Shown here: positions 48,707-58,190 of the stretch, piece after piece
Numbering within the stretch: the first letter of the stretch is position 1
Layout: each line of letters opens with the position of its first letter
From: Fervidobacterium sp.
GTDB lineage: Bacteria; Thermotogota; Thermotogae; Thermotogales; Fervidobacteriaceae
NCBI GenBank assembly: GCA_049970055.1
Contig: JBMFNR010000002.1
Span: 573,371 to 637,370, forward strand
Reading direction: 5' to 3'
Length of the DNA: 64,000 nt
Position numbers and translations under genes: made by a program
Notes under the pieces: generated by a model
Databases searched by the model: none
What the model saw: the letters and a program-made list of their open reading frames with translations, nothing else
What the model was told of the DNA's origin: nothing

Positions 48707-48943
48707 TTATTCTTTCGTTTGAATTATCCGCTCTTCCAACTTTTCAAATTTCATATCTTCAGTTACTTTTATTAGAAGAACTTTATTACTATAGCTAACT
48801 TCGAGCACATCTCCAGGTTTAACTTCGTAGCCTGGCTTTAAAGGTCTTCCATCTTTCCTAACAAGGCCTGCTTTTGAAACTTCTTGCGCGATTGTTCTTC
48901 GCTTAATTATCCTATTTTGCTTTAGAAACTTGTCTAACCGCAT
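48707..48943 (-). CDS. rqcP: S4-domain RNA-binding protein (RqcP/YabO/Hsp15 family)
   Basis: MRLDKFLK..RIIKRRT.A, KPG.EVKPGD. Confidence 0.85.
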   Translation of the reverse strand: MRLDKFLKQNRIIKRRTIAQEVSKAGLVRKDGRPLKPGYEVKPGDVLEVSYSNKVLLIKVTEDMKFEKLEERIIQTKE

Positions 48944-49015
48944 TGTATCACCCTTTGATATTATACCACAATTTTATTTATTCGCTATGCGAACTGTATT
49001 TGTTTTGTAAAACTT

Positions 49016-49049
49016 TATAATAAAATCTCGGTCCATTAGGACCGAGAAA
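49016..49049 (-). terminator. Rho-independent terminator of the gyrB operon
   Basis: TCTCGGTCC-atta-GGACCGAGA hairpin, T-rich tail on the - strand. Confidence 0.75.
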
Positions 49050-49075
49050 CTAATCTATGATTCGATCATTGGTGA

Positions 49076-51010
49076 TTAAACGTCCAAATCGACGAGACTC
49101 AATTGTCTTGCGTGTCTCATTATATATTCTTTTCTTTCTTCCGGGTCCTTTCCCATGAGTATTTCAAACAGACTATCCGCTTCCTCTGCATCTTCTATTC
49201 TGACCTTTACAATTTTCCTAGTCTTTGGATTCATTGTCGTTTCCCAAAGTTGTTCAGGGTTCATTTCACCAAGACCTTTGTATCGCTGTATCTCGTATTT
49301 TTTGTCTTTTACGCTTTCAAGCTTTTCCCTTAGCTCTTCGTTGGAGTATAGGTAAGCGGCTTTTTCACCGCTTACAGCTAACTTATAAAGTGGTGGCACA
49401 GCTATGTATATTCTTTCTTCTTCTATCAACTGTCTCATATATCTGTAAAAAAGAGCTAAGAGCAAAGTCCTTATATGCGCGCCATCAACATCTGCATCGG
49501 TCATTATAACTATCTTTCCGTACCTAAGCTTACTCGTATCGAAGCCTTCACCTATTCCTGCACCAATCGCCGTTATGATATCTCGTATCTGCTCGTTTTT
49601 GAGGAGTTTCAGTTCATTACTTTTTTCCACGTTTAATATTTTACCTCGAAGTGGTAAAATGGCTTGAAAATTTCTATCTCTTGCTTGTTTAGCACTGCCG
49701 CCTGCGGAATCTCCTTCAACAATGAAAAGTTCTGCTTCTTCAATGTTTTTCGTGATACAATCTGCAAGTTTTCCAGGCAATGTTGAGGCGCCAAGAGGGC
49801 TTTTTCTCTTCACCGCTTCTCTCGCTCTTTTTGCTGCTTCTCTTGCTTCCCTTGCTTGCTGGGCCTTTTGAATTATAACTTTTAAAACCGTCTCGTTAAC
49901 CTCGAAATAGTCAATTAATTTTTCTCTAACAACTTTTGCAACTGCTTCTTGAACTTCTTCATTTCCAAGTTTTGATTTTGTTTGTCCTTCGAATTGCGGT
50001 GTACCCATCATCAAAACATTGACTATTGCGGTCATTCCTTCTCTTAGATCCTCACCTTTAAATGGTTCACCTTTAATTAAGTTTTTCTTTTTTCCAAGGT
50101 CATTAACAACTCTTGTAAATGCTGTTTTGAAGCCGGTAACGTGTGTACCACCATCTATAGTTTTTATGTTATTTACAAACGAAACGATGGTCTCCCCATC
50201 TTCATCAGTATACTGAAAAGCTACATGTACTTCAATGTCCTGGTATGTACCATCTATGAGTACAGGTTCGTGTAGTGTTTTTGAACCTTTGCTCAAGTAC
50301 CAGATAAACTCTTTTAGACCTCCTGAAAAGTGCAATGTTTTTCTAATATCGTACCTCTCATCTACGAATTCTATGGTTACATTCGGATTCAAAAATGCAA
50401 GGTCTCTTAATCTTGCAAGTATGGTATCAGAATCGAATTCTGTAGTTGTAAATATTAATTTATCTGGTTTGAATCTTACTATTGTACCTCTCTTATTTGT
50501 TTCACCGATAACCTCTACCTCAGTTGTTTTTACGCCTCTTGAGTATTTTTGGTTGTAAATTTTACCATCTCTATGTACTTCGACTTCCATCCATTCAGAA
50601 AGAGCGTTGACAACGGAAGCGCCAACACCGTGCAACCCACCACTAACTTTGTAGCTATTTTTTGAAAACTTTCCACCTGCATGAAGCGTTGTCATGACTA
50701 CTTCAAGTGCACTTGTGCCCGTTTCCGGGTGTATATCTACTGGAATACCTCTTCCATTATCCTCTACCTCGACTGAATCATCAGCTCTTATTGTAACTTT
50801 AATTATGTCACAAAAACCTTGTAATGCTTCATCTATGCTATTATCTACAATTTCATAAACAAGGTGATGTAAACCGTTCTTTCCTGTTGAACCTATGTAC
50901 ATACCAGGTCTTTGCCTGACCGGTTCAAGCCCCTTTAAAACTTGTATATTATGAGCATTATAATCGTTATTGTTTAGCATGTTATCTGTTTTTTCTACCA
51001 CCAAAATCAC
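49076..51010 (-). CDS. gyrB: DNA gyrase subunit B
   Basis: RPGMYIG, EIVDNSIDE, SGGLHGVG, EGDSAGG, PLRGK, MTDADVDG, RYKGLGEMN. The true start may be 51004 or 51001. Confidence 0.96.
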   Translation of the reverse strand: MILVVEKTDNMLNNNDYNAHNIQVLKGLEPVRQRPGMYIGSTGKNGLHHLVYEIVDNSIDEALQGFCDIIKVTIRADDSVEVEDNGRGIPVDIHPETGTSALEVVMTTLHAGGKFSKNSYKVSGGLHGVGASVVNALSEWMEVEVHRDGKIYNQKYSRGVKTTEVEVIGETNKRGTIVRFKPDKLIFTTTEFDSDTILARLRDLAFLNPNVTIEFVDERYDIRKTLHFSGGLKEFIWYLSKGSKTLHEPVLIDGTYQDIEVHVAFQYTDEDGETIVSFVNNIKTIDGGTHVTGFKTAFTRVVNDLGKKKNLIKGEPFKGEDLREGMTAIVNVLMMGTPQFEGQTKSKLGNEEVQEAVAKVVREKLIDYFEVNETVLKVIIQKAQQAREAREAAKRAREAVKRKSPLGASTLPGKLADCITKNIEEAELFIVEGDSAGGSAKQARDRNFQAILPLRGKILNVEKSNELKLLKNEQIRDIITAIGAGIGEGFDTSKLRYGKIVIMTDADVDGAHIRTLLLALFYRYMRQLIEEERIYIAVPPLYKLAVSGEKAAYLYSNEELREKLESVKDKKYEIQRYKGLGEMNPEQLWETTMNPKTRKIVKVRIEDAEEADSLFEILMGKDPEERKEYIMRHARQLSLVDLDV

Positions 51011-51028
51011 CTCCGAAGAATAAAAAAG

Positions 51029-51316
51029 CTATTGTGTGTTTATTGTAGTTATGTGTATATTTTCAATATCCATCTGAATCTTTGCTGTAATTTTCTTTTT
51101 TATCTGTCGTGTCATTTTTCTGAGTTCATTCGCCCAAATAAAATCATCGCATTCAACGTAAAGAATGCGGCCCTTGTAGTCGACAAACTTAACGTGTTTT
51201 GAAATACTACCAAGTATCTCTTCTGATTTTTCAGTGAGAGTGGAAAGAATATACAATTTTTCAAAAAACGGGTTGCTTTTTGAAAGGTCCTTTATAGCAT
51301 TTTTTATAGTATACAT
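51029..51316 (-). CDS. DciA / DUF721 family protein
   Basis: Small ORF just upstream of gyrB; ILYVECDDFIWANEL motif. Confidence 0.7.
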   Translation of the reverse strand: MYTIKNAIKDLSKSNPFFEKLYILSTLTEKSEEILGSISKHVKFVDYKGRILYVECDDFIWANELRKMTRQIKKKITAKIQMDIENIHITTINTQ

Positions 51317-52065
51317 TTAATGTATTCCTCGAATTCTACTGAGAGTGTTTTTGATAGTATGGGAGTTAGAGTCTTTGAACCAATCTGATTCACTGGAACT
51401 ATTCCTCTGCTGGTGTGTGTTAAGAATAACTCGTCACTTTCAAAAAGTTCGTACGGCTCAACTATGCGTTCTTCGACTAGATAGCCTTTTTCTTTTAGGA
51501 ATTTAATTACGTACATTCTTGTTATTCCATCCAATATTCCAGAATCAAGAGATGGAGTTACGATTGTACTTCCTTTTACTATAAAAACATTGCTAAACGT
51601 TCCTTCGCATACTTGTCCCTTGCCGCCAAGCATTATTACATCGTAGTTATCTGCCTTTGTAAGTCTTGCTAAATATATGTCAGGTCTACCAATAGATTTC
51701 AGATCAGGTGGTATACTCCATGGATCCGCTCTACGAATCTTTGTAAAGTCTATTCTAACGAAATCAACATTCATTTCCTTTGTATCTTCAGCCAATACAT
51801 AGTTTATTAATTTTTCAGAGCAGGCAAACACTATCCTAATTCTTTCAGACAAATTATTGTATACAAGTTTTTCGAATTCTTCAAACGTGGGTGGTTCGAT
51901 ACGAAGGTAAGAAAGTGATTTGCACAACCTCTTATAATGCTCGCTTACAGCAAATGGTTTACCATCGTAAGTTCTCAATGTTTCGTAAACAGCAATTCCT
52001 CTTGTTAGCGATTCAATTATATCAATCGTTTGATACTCGCTTTTCAACAACTTTTGACACCACAC
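51304..52065 (-). CDS. Class IV PLP aminotransferase (IlvE/PabC-like)
   Basis: YETLR, HYKRL, catalytic K in DLKSIG, EGTFSNVF, ILDGITR. Confidence 0.88.
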   Translation of the reverse strand: MWCQKLLKSEYQTIDIIESLTRGIAVYETLRTYDGKPFAVSEHYKRLCKSLSYLRIEPPTFEEFEKLVYNNLSERIRIVFACSEKLINYVLAEDTKEMNVDFVRIDFTKIRRADPWSIPPDLKSIGRPDIYLARLTKADNYDVIMLGGKGQVCEGTFSNVFIVKGSTIVTPSLDSGILDGITRMYVIKFLKEKGYLVEERIVEPYELFESDELFLTHTSRGIVPVNQIGSKTLTPILSKTLSVEFEEYIKCIL

Positions 52066-53335
52066 CTTCTGAGGTTACCGAACATGCGGTAACTTTTACA
52101 AAATCGCCTATGATACCACCGTTCGTTTCGTGTTGCACGTAATACTCATCGTATCCAACGTAAATTCCATTGACCGTACCTTCGACCAGAACCGTTGTTA
52201 TATTTCCTACTAATTTCCTTCGATATTCACTTGCAATCTTTTCAGAATGCTTTATAAGAATTTCAACTCTTTCTTTCTTTATATTACCTGGAATCTTATT
52301 TTCCATCTGTGCTGCCCTTGTTCCAGGTCTTTCAGAATATCTGAAAGCGTGAACTTTGCTGAAAAGGACATTGCCTACTGTATCAAGTGTTTCTTCGAAT
52401 TCATCGTCACTTTCGCCGGGGAAACCAACCATAATATCTGTTGTTATTGAAAATAACGGATCGATTGCTCTCAATTTTCCTACTAAATCAAGTATATAAT
52501 CAACTGTGTAATTTCTTCCCATCCTTTTGAGAACCGTTGTACTACCGCTTTGAATGGGAATATGCAAGTGATTACATATCTTATCACTTTCAGTGATAAC
52601 GTGTATGAGTTCGTCAGTTAAATCGTCTGGGTTTATGGAGCTAAGCCTTATTCTGAAATCACCTTTAATTTTGGAAAGTTCATTGAGTAGTTCTGATAAA
52701 TTTGTTCCCGTATCGCTACCGTATTTACCAAGGTTCAACCCTGTGATCACAACTTCCTTGTGTTTTTTATTGATGAGCTGCTCTACTTCTTTGATGACTA
52801 CTTCTATAGGCTTACTCCTAATTTTTGTGCCTCTCAAGCTTCTTATAACACAGTAAGTACATCCGTTATTACATCCATCTTCAACTTTTACAAACGCCCT
52901 TGATCGTTCGGCAACGGAGTCATTAACTATCTCGTATGAAATATCATCTTCTTCCCAGTAACTCGTACTTGAGTAAATACCATTTTCCATTAGAAAGTTA
53001 ACTATATTCTTTTTTTCCGCATTACCAAGTACTAAGTCCACGCCAAGAATTTTGTATTCCGAATCATCTCTAGGAATTTGCGTATAACAGCCAGCAAGAA
53101 TTATTTTCGAAGTTGGGTTATTTTTTCTTAAATGCCTAACAGTTTGTCTAACTTTCCTTTCGGCTTCACCCGTAACTGCACAGCTGTTGATCACGAAGAT
53201 ATCCACATCTCTATCTGATTCAGGAATCACTATAAAGTCCGCATTTTCAAGCATTTCAATCATCAATTCACTTTCGTATTGATTCATCTTGCAACCTTGT
53301 GTTATAACGGAAACCCTTATTTTCGCACCTCTCAT
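52022..53335 (-). CDS. mtaB: tRNA t6A37 methylthiotransferase MtaB
   Basis: TQGCKMNQYES, INSCAVT, RAFVKVEDGCNNGCTYC, TDIMVGFPGE. Confidence 0.9.
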   Translation of the reverse strand: MRGAKIRVSVITQGCKMNQYESELMIEMLENADFIVIPESDRDVDIFVINSCAVTGEAERKVRQTVRHLRKNNPTSKIILAGCYTQIPRDDSEYKILGVDLVLGNAEKKNIVNFLMENGIYSSTSYWEEDDISYEIVNDSVAERSRAFVKVEDGCNNGCTYCVIRSLRGTKIRSKPIEVVIKEVEQLINKKHKEVVITGLNLGKYGSDTGTNLSELLNELSKIKGDFRIRLSSINPDDLTDELIHVITESDKICNHLHIPIQSGSTTVLKRMGRNYTVDYILDLVGKLRAIDPLFSITTDIMVGFPGESDDEFEETLDTVGNVLFSKVHAFRYSERPGTRAAQMENKIPGNIKKERVEILIKHSEKIASEYRRKLVGNITTVLVEGTVNGIYVGYDEYYVQHETNGGIIGDFVKVTACSVTSEGVVSKVVEKRVSND

Positions 53336-53339
53336 AAAA

Positions 53340-53807
53340 TTATTCCTTCACCACCGACAGCTTTTGTATGGCATCCTTTAATACGCTGATCCTTGTTACA
53401 ACACCCAAAAGTATATTATTCTCATCTACAACGGGAATTATCTTAAAGTTTTTCCTCATGAATAAATCGACTACGTACAAGATCGAATCACTTGGCTTCA
53501 CGGTAATAACTGGTTTAGTAGCATACTTACCAATATGATCTTTCGATATCTTTTTCAGGTTAGTCAATACTAAATTAGTATCGGGCAAGAAAGCAGCAGT
53601 TTGAAGCATATTAAAATAACTTGGCAAGCAAGCCCGAATTATATCTTCTTCGCTTATAAAACCAACGATCTTCAGATCAGTATCTACAACTGGAATCCCA
53701 GATAAGCTTGACTTTTCGAGTATATCAATGACTTGCTCAACAGTCTCATTTTCGAAAACAAATGTCAGATCGTAAGTCATTACGTCGCTAACTTTGAGAT
53801 TTTCCAT
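53340..53807 (-). CDS. CBS-domain protein
   Basis: KVSDVMT, GIPVVD...GFISEED, IPVVDEN..LLGVVTR. Confidence 0.9.
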   Translation of the reverse strand: MENLKVSDVMTYDLTFVFENETVEQVIDILEKSSLSGIPVVDTDLKIVGFISEEDIIRACLPSYFNMLQTAAFLPDTNLVLTNLKKISKDHIGKYATKPVITVKPSDSILYVVDLFMRKNFKIIPVVDENNILLGVVTRISVLKDAIQKLSVVKE

Positions 53808-53808
53808 A

Positions 53809-54765
53809 TTACTCCACCCTTTCACTACTGATCAAATCGAGAAATTTCTCTATCTCTTCACTTGAAGGTGGTTCTTTACCCATGTGAGATGTTTTTGCAA
53901 CAGCGGCAGCGTAACCGTACTTTGCCATATCGATACAGCATTTGTTCTCTAAATGTGCTAAAACTATACCAGCAACAAAAGTATCGCCAGAACCTAGCAG
54001 ATAAGAGTGATCTATATCTAAATTAGGCGAAAATTTCCACACACCGTCGACTGTTGCAACAAAGTCAAAGATTGTCTTGTAAGACAGTATCACAAGCTTT
54101 GCACCGAGTTTCACAAATTCCTTAGCCGCTTGTATATACTCTTTTTCAGTGTTAAGAATACTACCAAGTATTTTTTCGCTTCTTCGCATATCGTACTTGA
54201 TAACATCGGGGAACGTCACTTTTATCGATTCTGTGATAATTTCATCCCGTGCTTCCCAAATTACGTATTTGTTGTGTTTCTTTGCTATTTTTGTTAGTTC
54301 TCCGTATATGCTGTTTGGCACGCCACACGGAATGCTCCCAGAAATAACAACGGTCCGTACTTGTTGTACTAGTACTTCGTACCTTTTTAAAAATGAATCT
54401 ATGACCTCAAAGTCGACACAAGGACCTTCAGAGTTGATTTCTGTCAATGTGTGATTCACAGTATCAGCAATTGCTATATTTTCCCTTGTCTCATCGGCGA
54501 TTCTCACAAAGCTCGTAGATATCATAGGACCAACTTTTCTTAACTCTGAAAGTAGAACATTTCCAACGTACCCTCCAATGAATCCGGTAACAATCGATGA
54601 AATATTGTATCTTGAGAGTATAACAGCAACGTTAACTCCTTTACCGCCAGGTGTCATCTTATTTTTCTCATTTGGTACAATGTTAAGCTTATTGATTGTA
54701 AAATTGTCAATCACAAATTCTCTGTCTAAAGCTGGATTTAAGCATACTGCGAGTACGTCCTTCAT
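53809..54765 (-). CDS. 1-phosphofructokinase family (PfkB) hexose kinase
   Basis: LNPALD, PGGKGVNVA, SGSIP, GSGDTFVAG. Confidence 0.9.
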   Translation of the reverse strand: MKDVLAVCLNPALDREFVIDNFTINKLNIVPNEKNKMTPGGKGVNVAVILSRYNISSIVTGFIGGYVGNVLLSELRKVGPMISTSFVRIADETRENIAIADTVNHTLTEINSEGPCVDFEVIDSFLKRYEVLVQQVRTVVISGSIPCGVPNSIYGELTKIAKKHNKYVIWEARDEIITESIKVTFPDVIKYDMRRSEKILGSILNTEKEYIQAAKEFVKLGAKLVILSYKTIFDFVATVDGVWKFSPNLDIDHSYLLGSGDTFVAGIVLAHLENKCCIDMAKYGYAAAVAKTSHMGKEPPSSEEIEKFLDLISSERVE

Positions 54766-55493
54766 TGGTTACCCCCCAATATATATTCTTCAGGCTTGCC
54801 CCAATAAGTCAATCTACCGTTTTTCATAACAATCAACACATCTCCCAAACTTACGAACCTTTTAAGTGTCCTTGTTGCAAGAATTATTATCTTTTCCTGC
54901 GAAAGTTTCTCCAGCATCTGAGTTGCCGATTCAACATGTTCATCATCCAAATGATCGAGTAGGCAATCAAAAACAAGGACAGATGATTTCCTTAGCGACG
55001 AAACAAACAACAAAAGTCCAATTTTCTCAAGTGCGTATAGTTCCGACAATGGAGTCTTTTCAAGTTTGTGCAAAGCTTTCAGAACTCCGAAGTCATCGAG
55101 CTGCCTAGCGTATTTCTCAACAGTAAATTCAAAGTCTTTCCCAAACGCGATTTCAATAAGTTCCTTTAGGTTGAGATAATCTAAGGATTCAAGAAAATTT
55201 GTGTCAAGATAACTAACAATACCACGTAAGGTTTTTTCATCGATCTGTTGTACATCTTTATCTCCAAGGTACATTTTACCATAATACTCAATTTCCGGAT
55301 AAACTTCAGCATTCAATTTAGCGAAACTTCTCAAAAAAGCAGACTTACCTGAACCTCTCGGACCATATAGAATTGCGATACTTTTCACATTGAGTGTTAG
55401 ATTAATATTCTCAAAAAGAATACTCTCTCCAACCTTTGCAGAAAAGTTCTCACATCTTATCGTTGTTACCGCGCTCTGTACTCTTTTTTTCAT
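54762..55493 (-). CDS. Degenerate ABC ATPase (PstB-like), no permease adjacent
   Basis: Walker A GPRGSGKS intact; signature, Walker B and H-loop are degenerate. Confidence 0.75.
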   Translation of the reverse strand: MKKRVQSAVTTIRCENFSAKVGESILFENINLTLNVKSIAILYGPRGSGKSAFLRSFAKLNAEVYPEIEYYGKMYLGDKDVQQIDEKTLRGIVSYLDTNFLESLDYLNLKELIEIAFGKDFEFTVEKYARQLDDFGVLKALHKLEKTPLSELYALEKIGLLLFVSSLRKSSVLVFDCLLDHLDDEHVESATQMLEKLSQEKIIILATRTLKRFVSLGDVLIVMKNGRLTYWGKPEEYILGGNQ

Positions 55494-55623
55494 CTTTTTT
55501 CACCGTGTCTTTCAATCTTTGTTCAAGCATTTCTTGAGCTTTTTCATTTCCAAGATTAACAAGTCTGATCAATTCATATTGCGATAGTATCTTCTCACGG
55601 TTCAGCTTTTTTATCTTTTTCAT
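55450..55623 (-). CDS. Small hypothetical protein (57 aa), first gene of the gyrB-containing operon
   Basis: Below the ORF-track cutoff: MKKIKKLNREKILSQYELIRLVNLGNEKAQEMLEQRLKDTVKKDEKKSTERGNNDKM*. SD AAAGGGG, TGGTATAAT about 45 bp upstream. Confidence 0.55.
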   Translation of the reverse strand: MKKIKKLNREKILSQYELIRLVNLGNEKAQEMLEQRLKDTVKKDEKKSTERGNNDKM

Positions 55624-55787
55624 ATTCTCAGCCCCTTTGAGTGGTTTTACTTTTTCTTTTCGCCTTAATTATACCACTTCACAGTTAACAATGCTTGTAA
55701 AATATTTTAATTTTTGATCAGGAAAGTTAATTTTTCGGCAGATTACGGTTAAAAATAACGTTTTGCTATGTAAAATTCATTCAAAAC

Positions 55788-57476
55788 TTAATCTTTCAGT
55801 TTCTCATAGATCCTGCGGACCTCGTTAATTCTACTTAGGAATGCATTGACTACAGTTGGATCAAAGTGTTTTCCGCTACTTTCCTTAATAATTTGAATGG
55901 CAACGTCGAAATCTATAGGTTCTTTGTAAGGTCTTTTTGTCGTTAGGGCATCAAAGACATCCGCCAGTGCGACAATCCTACCTTCAATGCTTATTTCGTC
56001 TGCTTTTTTACCTCTTGGATACCCACTTCCATCGTACTTTTCGTGGTGATCTGAGACAATGTTAACCATACACTGCAAGATATCTTCAGCTACCATTTGT
56101 TTTGAATTTTCCATAAACTCTTTTAGTATATTTTCACCATAATCAACGTGTTTTTTCATAATCTCCCATTCTTCTTCGGTTAATCTTCCAGGTTTCAAAA
56201 GTATTTTGTCTGGAATACCTACCTTGCCGATATCGTGTAACGGTGCGAACAGATACAGATACCTTTCAATTTTTGGAGTCACCTTTAGCTCAGAAGCTAT
56301 TATTTTTGAATACCAAGCCACACGCTTTACGTGATTTCCAGTTTCGTTATCTTTAAATTCAACAAGGTTGACAAGACTCGAACCAAAATTTGACAACAGA
56401 CCTTGTGTAGCTAATGAGTAGTAAAGCCTATATGACAGAACGTTAGAGATCGATAAAAAAAGGCGAGCATCATTTTCAGAAAAGTTGTGTTTTCTTTCGG
56501 AAGAAATAAAGAAAAATCCGAATGGTATTTCGTTAATTGATGCAGTAACGGTGAGACTTGATTTAAATCCCTCCTTTAAAATTAGCTCTGTACTTTTTGA
56601 ATTTGTTTTTTTGAAATGTTCTTCCAAGTCGTTGATAATTCTATATTTTCTCCCTTCTTGCAGCATTTTCGAAAGAGATGTCTCATTAAACTTTTGCGAA
56701 AAACCTACTTTTAATAATGGTTTTTTATTACGGTCAAGTAGAAAAGCAACTTCAGCCGTTATTAATTCTTTATCCCGATCTATTAAAGCTAGTGAAAATC
56801 TTTCCGCGTTGAAGAGGTTACAAACCAAATGGCCTATGTTGTTTACAAAGTCATCGATAGAGGAAGTTATATGAAAATGTGACAAAAGGTTGTATATTTT
56901 AAGAACTTTATTAATCTCGTTAATAGAGGTATTGAGAGCTAAATCTTCTTTATATTTTGGGCTCATTAAAGGAATCTCCTCGATGTACATCTTCTTTGAA
57001 ATTTCATCAATTTTCTCGAATATTTTTTCACCATAATTCTTGAATTTTGTGAAGCTTGGCAAAAAGGAAATCAAAGAAAGCGCAAATACCACAGTTAAAA
57101 AAAGTAAAATAATACTGTACTGTTCAATTCTTTTCATTTCACTTTTTTCATACACTCTTAGAAAATCAGCGAAATCCTTTACGTAATTCAATACGTATTC
57201 TCTACCCACTTGGCCTTCAGAGTATAATTGTATAGCTTTTTTGTACTGTTCAATTTTTTCGAACTTTACATTTTTCATCGGTTCGATTAATTGTTCAAAA
57301 CCATTTCTACCAACTACAACCTCGTTTACTTTATTGAAGTACAAACGTATATTATCGTAAGTTGCAAAAAATCTATCTAATTGTGTATAGTTAAGTACAG
57401 TTAGAACTATAATAAAAATGGATGAAGCGGTAAAAATATAAATTTTTATCGCAGTGCTTCGTACAATACTTTTCAT
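55788..57476 (-). CDS. Membrane-anchored GAF plus HD-GYP phosphodiesterase
   Basis: Two TM, GAF, ETGNHVKRV, LHDIGKVGIPD, HHEKYDGSGYP, ADVFDAL..KRPYK. SD AAGGAGG before ATG 57476. Confidence 0.92.
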   Translation of the reverse strand: MKSIVRSTAIKIYIFTASSIFIIVLTVLNYTQLDRFFATYDNIRLYFNKVNEVVVGRNGFEQLIEPMKNVKFEKIEQYKKAIQLYSEGQVGREYVLNYVKDFADFLRVYEKSEMKRIEQYSIILLFLTVVFALSLISFLPSFTKFKNYGEKIFEKIDEISKKMYIEEIPLMSPKYKEDLALNTSINEINKVLKIYNLLSHFHITSSIDDFVNNIGHLVCNLFNAERFSLALIDRDKELITAEVAFLLDRNKKPLLKVGFSQKFNETSLSKMLQEGRKYRIINDLEEHFKKTNSKSTELILKEGFKSSLTVTASINEIPFGFFFISSERKHNFSENDARLFLSISNVLSYRLYYSLATQGLLSNFGSSLVNLVEFKDNETGNHVKRVAWYSKIIASELKVTPKIERYLYLFAPLHDIGKVGIPDKILLKPGRLTEEEWEIMKKHVDYGENILKEFMENSKQMVAEDILQCMVNIVSDHHEKYDGSGYPRGKKADEISIEGRIVALADVFDALTTKRPYKEPIDFDVAIQIIKESSGKHFDPTVVNAFLSRINEVRRIYEKLKD

Positions 57477-57516
57477 TCTTGTCCCTCCTTCATTACTATT
57501 ACTTGCCATTAGCATA

Positions 57517-57542
57517 TATTATATCACATTTGTGATATAATA
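57517..57542. promoter_or_regulatory. Perfect palindrome forming two back-to-back TGTGATATAAT extended -10 elements
   Basis: TATTATATCACA-TT-TGTGATATAATA (12-bp arms) between the divergent HD-GYP and glycosylase genes. Confidence 0.7.
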
Positions 57543-57595
57543 GCAAAAATAGGAAAAAAGAGATAAAAAAACAGTAAACAAATGGGGTGAGTGGT

Positions 57596-58036
57596 ATGAG
57601 GCTTTGGTCAATTTCTCCTGAGTACCTTGACACTAAAGGTTTACTCGGAGTTTGGAGGGAAGGACTTTTGGCGAAAGCGGTATTAGAAGGAAAGACCAAA
57701 GGCTACAAAAACCATCCACAACTGATTCGTTTCAGAAATTATTCTAACCCAATTATCGCGATAAATTCATTTCTTTATTTTGTTGCCCAAGAAGCATTCA
57801 GGCGTGGTTACAAATTCAATAGTTCTTTCATAGACACGTCAGAGGTTTTAATAAATATCATCTCCGTAACAAAAGGTCAAGTCGAGTACGAGTTTAACCA
57901 TCTTTGCAATAAGCTTTACCAAAGAGACTACAATATGTGGACCAATATTTGCAAAAACCAAACCCATCAAGTAAAAATCAATCCCATATTTTATATGATC
58001 GAAGGCGACATCGAATTTTGGGAGAAAGTAAAATAG
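57596..58036 (+). CDS. Pyrimidine dimer DNA glycosylase / T4 endonuclease V-like protein
   Basis: MRLWSI.PEYLD.KGL..VWREGLLA..VL.G.TKGY.NHPQL.RF and V..EA..RGYKF. Confidence 0.85.
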   Translation: MRLWSISPEYLDTKGLLGVWREGLLAKAVLEGKTKGYKNHPQLIRFRNYSNPIIAINSFLYFVAQEAFRRGYKFNSSFIDTSEVLINIISVTKGQVEYEFNHLCNKLYQRDYNMWTNICKNQTHQVKINPIFYMIEGDIEFWEKVK

Positions 58037-58052
58037 ATTAAAAATAAAATCA

Positions 58053-58089
58053 CGCCCCATGGAAAACTATGGGGTGCTTATTCTTATTT
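58053..58089 (+). terminator. Probable Rho-independent terminator
   Basis: CGCCCCATGG-aaaa-CTATGGGGTG hairpin (with G-U pairs) and a T-rich tail. Confidence 0.6.
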
Positions 58090-58190
58090 ATCTTACAGTC
58101 TATCTTGGTATAGTATTACTGAATTTTCCGTAAAAAACTTCTAAAGTATTCTCTAAAATGGTTGGATTTTGGTATTTTGGGGGAAGTTAA

